NCBI GenBank assembly: GCA_036337435.1
Contig: JAYZEG010000020.1
Span: 23,491 to 87,490 of the forward strand
Origin: Myxococcota bacterium
Lineage (GTDB): Bacteria; Myxococcota_A; Bradymonadia; UBA7976; UBA1532
Direction: 5' to 3'
Length of the DNA stretch: 64,000 nucleotides
The notes beneath the pieces are model-generated. The model did not search any database. It was not told the DNA's origin and saw nothing but the letters and a program-made list of their open reading frames with translations. Positions 37,301 to 46,300 of this stretch are shown in pieces (the first letter of the stretch is position 1; each line of letters opens with the position of its first letter). Position numbers and translations under genes: made by a program.

Positions 37301-40300
37301 CGCTTTGGGTCGAATTGGCGTGGGTGAATCTGTCTCGCTCAGGGGTCGGGCGCGCTTGAATCCTGTCATCGATAATGGCACAGAGATCAGCACTCAGGCT
37401 GTCGTCACGGCGGGCTTTGGGGACGTATTGTCCGATGACCCGCGAACGCCCGCTGCCGGTGATCCGACCATTGTTACCATTCGATCTCAAGCTGAATATC
37501 GTCTTGAGAAGACAGTGACGGATTTAAACGGTGGAGATCCACAAGCAGGGGATCGGCTCCGTTACACGATCAGGCTTGAAAATCAGGGGAACAGTGCGGG
37601 CATTAGCACGCGTGTGAGTGACCCAATTCCACGAGAGCTGACGAACATTACGCCCCTCAACGATGGACTGTTTGCCGACGGTCAAATCATTTGGCCCCCT
37701 TTGGAGCGTGTCGAAGTCGGCTCCGGTGTGCGTGAATTTGAATTTGAAGCCACTCTATCTCCCGATTTAGTGGCGGGGACTGTGGTCAGCAATCAGGCCC
37801 GTGTTGTCGGCGAGGGTCTGGAGCCCGTTCTCAGTGATGACCCGAGCACACCGGTGCCCTTGGATTCGACTGATGTTCGAATCGTAGCGGCTGCTGATTT
37901 GAGTGCATCCATTAAACTTGTCGAACCAGGTAATCCGGAGCCTGGGGCGCTTGTTCAATGGACCATCCAGGTTGTTAATTCGGGCACTGTGGATGCACTC
38001 AATGTTGAAATTATAGATGCATTGCCAACGGAATTTATCGACAATTTCTCATCTGATACAGGTGGCATTGAAGACGGCGTTCTCCGGGCAAACTTCGCTC
38101 GGGTGGCTGCGGGTGCTGCAGTCAGCGTTGCGATTTCCGGCACGGTGAAACCCGGCACTCCAGACGGCACTGTCATTCTGAATCAGGCCTCGATCTCGGC
38201 TGATGGGCTTGCCTTCGTTCAAACCGATGACCCGTCGACAATTGATGTTGATGATCCAACTCAATTGATTGTGAGTGCAACCCCGGCCATTTCGGTGACG
38301 AAGCGTGTTGTTGATGAGAACGGACCGCCCGTCGAGCCTGGAGATCTGCTGCGCTATACAATTGAAATCGAAAATACCGGCACGGGTCGAGCGGATAACC
38401 TAATCGTCACCGACCCAGTGCCGAACCTTGCGTCCTTGGTCGATGCCGACGGGGGAAATTTAATCGATGGTGTTGTCGAATGGTCAGTCCCGGCGATTGC
38501 CCCTGGAGAGGCGACTGAGCGAGTCCTCACAGTCCGATTGGCACCTGCGATTGAGAATGGGACAAGAGTGGTTAATCAAGCCGTCGTCTCAGCCCCATTT
38601 TTAGGCAATGAAACTCGGCTAAGCGATGACCCGAATACGGAGGCTCTCACCGATCCGACGATTGTTCAGGTTGTCAGTGGACCAGACTTTTCCAACGCGC
38701 AGATGACTGTTCGAGACCTCAACGGGGGTGAGGCGCGGCCCGGCGATGTAATCGAGTATCGAATCGAAATCACAAACGATGGAAATGCAGTCGCGCGCAA
38801 TGTCCAAATCGATGACGCCCTTCCGGGAACGCTTATTCTCACGTCAGCGGAAAATGCAGACATTGAGGACAATCGAATTCGTTGGCAGGTTCCAGAAATC
38901 GCGCCTGGACAGACTGTGACGTTTACAGCTCGAGCTCGAATCGTTCTCCCCTTACCGGACGGAACGCGTATCGAGAACCAAGCGGCGATCACGTCTGATG
39001 GGTCAGCAGAACCCTTCTTGACCGATGACCCTGCGACGGCTGATCGAGATGATCCAACGAGCTTGGTCGTGCAATCGAGCCCCCAATTTGCCCTTGAAAA
39101 AACAGTTGTGACGACCGACGGCGGCACATTCTCTGTCGGGCGGCAGATTCGGTATACGATTAATGTGAGAAATGATGGGGATGCCACGGGTGGGTTGCAA
39201 ACGCTCGTCGACCAACTTCCTGACGGTTTGGTTGGCCCATTTACGACCGAACCCAATGTGGCCATCGCCGACGGATTAGCTCGCTGGGAATTCAATGGGA
39301 TAGACCCGGGTCAGGTTGAGCGCTTCACCATTACTGCCTTCATCGCTGCGAATGCGGTCAATGAACAGCAGATCGTAAATACGGCCCGCTTGAATGAGCT
39401 CACGGCTGACGCATCATTCGTTGTGGTAAACGAGCCATCCTTGGCCGCATCCACAAAAGCGGTCATCGCCGAGTCACCATTTCCAGGGCAGCAAGTTCGG
39501 TACGTCATTACCGTGACAAACGACGGAACAGAGCCCGCTCGCGATGTGCGAGTAATCGATGAACTCTCCGATTCGTTAATTTTTGTTGGTGCTGGCCCAG
39601 AGGCGGATGTGAACGGCAATCGCCTTCAGTGGACTTTGGGCGATCTGGCACCTGGAGCCGAACGTATCATTAATATCACGGCTCAGATTGGAGAGGCCGT
39701 TGAAGATGGTCAAAGCATCGCGAACCAGGCGTCCATTTCAGCGGCAGGAATTGAAGCTGTGGTCACAGATGATCCGTCGACGCCTGAGTTGGATGACCCA
39801 ACACGCTTTACAGTCGAGAGTCGCCCGGTGTTGGCGCTCACCAAGACCGTAAGAGACGATAATGGCGGGGCTTTCGCTCCAGGTGATCCCGTGACTTATA
39901 CCTTGGGCATCGAAAATCAAGGTGCTGGGACTGCATTTGCTATCGAAATATCTGACCCCGTTCCGGTCGGTCTCGTAAACGCCGTCGCCGTCGACGGCAA
40001 CGTCATCGATGGAGTTGGTCGTTGGCAGGTGGTGCGCCTTGAGCCGGGGGCAACGATTGAACGGGTGTTGCGAGCCCGGATTTCCCCGGATGCAGTCAAC
40101 GGTCAAAGGATTTCAAACCGCTTTGCTGCCCGTGCTGGCGGTCTTGAGCGTCAAGAAAGCCCTGATTCGGAATTGACCGTCGAAACTGGCTTTGTGGCCC
40201 TCGATAAGACCGTCAGACCACTCGGTAACGGTTTTCAGCCTGGTGAGTTGGTCGAATATGTTTTGCGTGTGACCAATGAGCGGGAATCCGGTGCATCCGA

Positions 40301-43300
40301 GGTCTCGGTGCTCGACCAAATGGACCTATTTGCGTTTACCGATATAGAGGCTTTGGATGGTGGACTCTTCGATCCGACGACAGGACGGATCGAATGGAAT
40401 CCACAGACGACGGCGGCCCTGCGCTTTGTGCCATCGGAACAATTCGCTGAGCTCAGGGTTCGAGCACGCATCAGAGATGACATCCAACCGGGCACATCGG
40501 TCTTAAACGAGGCGCAAGCACGTGTCCGTGGTGACCCAGCCCGGGTCGATGCGGGGGTTGAATTCACTGTTGTGGGCGGACCGCAATATGTTTTTTCGAA
40601 GCGCGTGGAAGCTGCGCGGACGCGGGCCGGTGACACCGTCGAATATAGCATTGTCGTGAGTAATGGTGGAACGGGTTCGGGTGTTGACGTTCAGGTCACA
40701 GACATTTTGCCAAATGGTCTGAGCTACGTACGTGGGTCAACATCCATCGACGGTGCACGTGTGGCAGACTCTCTTGACGGTCAAAGTCCGCTCGGTGGAG
40801 GTCTTCTCATCGGCCGTGGAGACCCTCAAACTATTGGCCCCGGTGACACCGTCACAATTCGATTTCGAGCCCGTATTGAAGACAACGTGGAGCCAGAGAC
40901 TAGAATCACGAACATCGCGGCTCTGGCGGATCAGTCGGGTTCCGTCGCAGATGCGTCGGCAGACATCACAGTTGTCGGTACACCAAATCTGTCTAACTTG
41001 GTCAAAATTGGACGACCACTAGACGATCCAGAGGCGGCGCAAGTCGCCATCGGTGGAGCTGTACAATGGCGTTTGACTGTTTCAAATACAGGCGATGGCC
41101 CAGCTGAAAACGTACGAATTATCGACGAACTCAGGGCGGAACACTCCTATTTGAGCGGTACACTCACGGTCAATGAGCAGGTCGTCTCCGACGAGATCGA
41201 CGCTGACTCGGGTGAAGTTGTTGATGATGTCGTTCGCATCCGTTGGCCGCGGCTTGAACCAGGTGAGAGTTTGACACTCTCGTTCCAAACGCGAGCCATC
41301 GCTGGTCCAGCGATCCTCAATCAAGCGAGAATCAGTGCTGACGGACTCGATTCAGAACCCAGTGATGATGGTGGCGAGGACGCCAATACCCCGACTCGAA
41401 TTGAAGTAGGCGACCCGCCGCGACGTGAGGTCAACGTGAGTAAGCGGCGTGCGGATGACACCCTCGAACGCATGCCAATTGGCCGTCAGCTCAGTTATCT
41501 TCTTTCCGTTGAGAATACGGGGAATGTTGACTTGGTCGGTGTGCAGATTTCCGACGAGATTCCAGCTGGCCTCATTTTTGATTCGTCGGCCAATGCGACG
41601 AGCAGCGCAAACGTAAACGTTGAACCAGCAGCCGACGGCGGGGCTAGCGGTGGGCTCGTCACAGTCAGCGACATCGCGTTGGCTGTCGGAGCAACCTTTG
41701 AAGTTAGACTTAATTTTCGCACCAACATTGATGTCACCGAGCCAGGCGAGATCTGTAATCGTGGCGTCTTTTCCGTACCCGGTTTGGAACCAACTGAGGA
41801 CGAGGCGTGTGTTGAGATGTATCTCGATACGGGCGAGTTGAACGGCGTCGTTTTCGAAGATCTCGATGGAAACGGCACTTATGAGGAGACTGAAGATTTA
41901 ACTCATCCTGGATTGACGGTTCGTGCGTACCGCGAGGGAAATGACGGGGACAACCCAAATGCATCTGCAATCACAGATGATTCGGGACGGTACAGTTTTG
42001 TAGCCCTACCTGCCGGTCGATATCGGCTTGAAATGGTTACCTCGACGGGAACAGTGATTGGCGTCGTTGATCAAATTGATATATCCGGCGATGAACCAAG
42101 TTCAGACAACCTCATCATTGCGCCAATGGGCCGAATTTATGACAGCGTGTCAGGCCAACTCCTTGATGGAGCCACCGTTCGTATCTATGAGGATCGTGAC
42201 GACGATGCTGATCCCCTGGACGATGAGTCTCGCGTGAGGCGTGTGCTATTGGACCCAGAAAAGCTGGCTCATCCGTCTCAACAGGGACAGAAAACCGCAC
42301 ATGGCGGCTTATATGAGTTCGCGGTGCGGGAGCCAGGCCGGTACATCATTGAAGTGGTCCCAGGTGGCGTCTCCCACATTGGACCGTCCATCACCGTGCC
42401 TCCGAGTCGTGGCTATGCCGAGACCACAGATGAACGCGGCCTCATTGTTGATCAACCCATTCCGGTGTCAACGGCCGGCGTTGACCAGACCTATTTCTTA
42501 GCTTTTGAACTTAAGAGTCAGAATGATGATTACCGACACAATCATATACCCTTGGATCCGCTAACATCGCTGATCGAGATCTCAAAACGAGCAGATCGAG
42601 CTGAGGTCTTTGTAGGCGGAATCGTCACATTTGAGGTCACCGTGACCAACCGGAGTCCAGCGGAACTCGTCTACGATGCACGTTCAGGTAACGGTGGTGT
42701 TTGGATCCAAGATCAACTCCCAACTGGCATGAAGTACGTCGCTGGTTCAGCGGTTGTCTCACGGCTTGTCGATGGTCGAGAACGCCCTCTGTTCTCGACT
42801 GACCCCACAGGGGCTAGACTCTTGGTTTTCGGGCGGACTCGAGTCTCCAATGGTGACGGCAAACCCATCCCATTCGACCTCAGATCGGGTGAATCTGTTC
42901 GATTGACATATCAGACGACCATTGATTCGTCGGCCAAGCCACTAACGACGTTGGCCAACCGAGCGCAGGTTTTGAGTTCAGGGAACGTACCTGTCACTGA
43001 CGTTGCAGAAGCCAGGGTGCATGTCGCATCTGACCCTGATTTTGATCAAGGGTTGCTTCTTGGACGTGTCTTTTGTGATACAGACCAGAACGGCGTCCAA
43101 GATGCAGGCGAATTGGGATTTGCCGGTGCCAAGCTCTATATGGACCACGGCTATGTGGTGACCTCAGGAACCCACGGCCGATTTCACTTTAAGGATATCG
43201 ATCCGGGAACCCATGTCGTTAAAATTGACATGCGGAGTGTCCTGCCAGGTGCGCGCTTAACAACCCAGGAATCCAGGGTAATCTCTTTTACGCGAGGCTT

Positions 43301-46300
43301 ACCAGCCCGGGTTTTCTTCGGTGTGACCTGCCCATCTGATGATGTCACTGAGTCGTTGACAGAAGTCACGGATGAAGGGATCGCATTGGCCCTGTCTAAA
43401 TGGGGCGTTCGTGAGGAAGCGGTTGGCTTTTCAGAGTCACCGTTTACTCTCAAATTGGGTAGCCAAGAACTCACGATCCCGTCCATGAAACTCGAGTCGA
43501 GACTCGAAAACGAAGATGGGGGGGGCAAGCAGACCTTGGTTGTTCGCCCCGTCGTCGACGGCAGCCGAAAATGGTCAAAGTGGCGGCTGCTAATGCGCGA
43601 ACCGGGGTCTCGCGGTCGCATTGTTCTTAAGGGAGACGGACCGCCTTTGCGAATTGAGTGGTATGTCCCCAAAACTCTGGTTGGGAAACCTTTCGAAATT
43701 CAGCTACAGATGGAAGATCCGAGTGGGTATAGCGTCGGTTCGGCTTGGCAGGGTCTGAACGGAGATGATGTGGATGGACGTTCGGATGGGTTCGTTCAAC
43801 TTGCACAGCTTCCAGGTGATGAGTTCACTCGAGGAAATCAGCCGACAAAAGCACTCAAAAAGAAATTGAGCCAACTCGTGCCGCGTCTCACTCAAACCAC
43901 TGGGTTATTGCGGATTGGCGTCCATTTTGACGATTCGAAGGGTCCGCTGACAGCCCGCTCTTTAACCCGTCGTCGAGCGGAAAGCATCGTCAGTTTTTTG
44001 AAGCAAAAAGGGATCCCCGAGGTCCGCTTAAAGGCCGTTGGTTTTGGTGGTCAGAAGCCGATTCGGCCCAACATCACAGAACGCAGTCGACGCAAGAATC
44101 GTCGGGTCACAGTCGAGTTAAAAATACAGCCATCTGAGACGGCCGTACCACGGGTTGAATCGGAGACGTCCGATAGGCGCGTTGCATCTGAGCAGACCGC
44201 GACCGAGTCAAGTACAAAAGATGCAGGACAGACAGCAGTTGCGATAGACGCTGATGGTGCACCGAAAGCCGATGGTCCAAAAACGGGTGGCAAGGACGAT
44301 CGCGAATCTTCCGCCACATCGGGATCGCGAACGCAAATGCAGGTAAAATCCAACCGACAGGTGCATAAATTGCGCGTTGGATTAAGCGAATACTCATTGT
44401 CTCCAAACCCTCAAGTATCGTCGGTCTTATTGGCAAAGGCTCGCAACACGCCCATCGAGCTCCAGTCATCCGATGGCGCCTACATACGTCAAATTTTACC
44501 GCGTACGGGCACCGAAAATGACAGCGTTGAATCCGTGGTCAAAACCATTGAGGGTCGGCTGACGGGCGCAATTTCTGTTGGCGGTCGACCGTTGGTTCGC
44601 CCGAGTGTGAAGTTAACAGCGGTTCCACCAAAGAAGGACGGTCAGACGTCTGAAGTTAAACGCCATAAGTGGCTTGTTGATGCGAGTGGACGAGCCGTCT
44701 CTTGGAATTTCTCGATCCGGGACCGTCGTGGTCAAGTGGTTCACCAGCTGCGGGGGGCAGGGGGGCCGCCCAGGGTCATAGAATGGAATCCACAATCGAT
44801 ACCGACCAAAGGGCAGTACGGTGCAGTGCTCACCTTGATTGGCAGTCGCCAGCTCGTTCAATCTGCACCCGCTTGGTTTGCTTTCGGAGAGCCAGTCAAA
44901 CCAGTTGAGATAGCGCGTACCGTCTCGATATCAGGCTATCGTGCGAGTATCGACAGCAAAGAGCATTTTCAAGTCGTGGCTCGTCTAAAGCGAGGGGCAC
45001 CACTCTTGTTTGATCTTCAAGACCAGCATGGGCGATGGTTAGCCTTGGTCCCAGCGGATCAAAAAAGGGCAAGGGCAGTACAAGGGGAGCCCCGCAAAAC
45101 GGCTGCTGAACGCCGGATCGCACCGGTTTTAAAGCCGGCTACAACGCAGACCGACGTCGGGCTGCCCGAGACAAACTTAATGAGCTCGGGAACGCTGGGC
45201 AATGTGTCAACGTCGGCTGTTGGCCAGACATCGAATGCGGCGAACGCGGCCGACGTAAATGTGAGAGAAGCCGGGCGTGTGTCGGCGCGTCTTTCAAGTT
45301 TGGGCGTGAGATCAGGCAACCTCGCGCTGCTGGCATTAATTGAACCTCAGAAGCAAACCTCATCTGCTGGCGAGCCTGCGATACTGGAAGTGAAGTTGCC
45401 CGCGCCGGGAACGCGTTTGGACAGTAATGAATTGGCGATTAGTGGCCGAACCAAGCCGGGCCGTCGAGTCACCATCAATGGGCGTGAGTTTGAGGTGGAT
45501 GAAGACGGAGCCTTTGGAGGAAATGTAACCCTGAATGGTCAAACTGCTCGGGTAAAGGTCGTCTCGGAGGGAGAGGATGGAAGTCGCTCTGTCATCGAAC
45601 GGTCTTTCCAGACACCCGATGCAAGCTGGTTTTTATTGGCTATGAGCGAAGGTCTAACAGGAACGGCCGGGACGGAATTGGATGGTGTCCAATCGAACAC
45701 GAGCACGACATTGGCAGACCGGGTCTATCTGCACGGTCGAGCAGTTGGCTGGTTCAGGGGCTATGCAAAGGGTGATAAAATCCTCAATGGCCTCTTTAAG
45801 ACCTACAGCGTCGAGGCTCATGTCGACACGGCAAAACAGCGTGCATATGCAGACACTTTCCGCCAGTTGATCGACCCAAACCAGTTCTACCCGGTTTACG
45901 GTGATAACAGTCGGGAAGATAAGCTGATCAATAGTAACGGACCCGTCTATGTTTTGATCGAGGCGGACCAGAGTCGATTGAACATTGGTAACTTCCGCAC
46001 ATCACTCAAGGGGATCGAGCTATTTCGCTACGACAGAACCCACTACGGCGCCCAGGTCCATACGGACATTAAAACCGGTAACCTTCGACATGAAGTGACT
46101 GTATTTGGGACGGATGAAGAGACTGACCAGCAGCATGGGTACGTTGAATTTAGGGGAACAGGTGGGTCCTTATATTATCTGCCTCATAGAGATGTCGTGG
46201 AAGGGAGTGAACAAGTCTACCTGGTCCAGAAGGATAGGCTCACAGGCATGGAACGAAGACGCGTTGCGTTGGCACGGGACCAGGACTATCGAATCAGATA

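Noticed and set aside
35440..41830. CRISPR or DNA-level tandem repeat in the giant gene
   Set aside because: Repeats are visible only at protein level, with diverged codons and no identical spaced DNA repeats.
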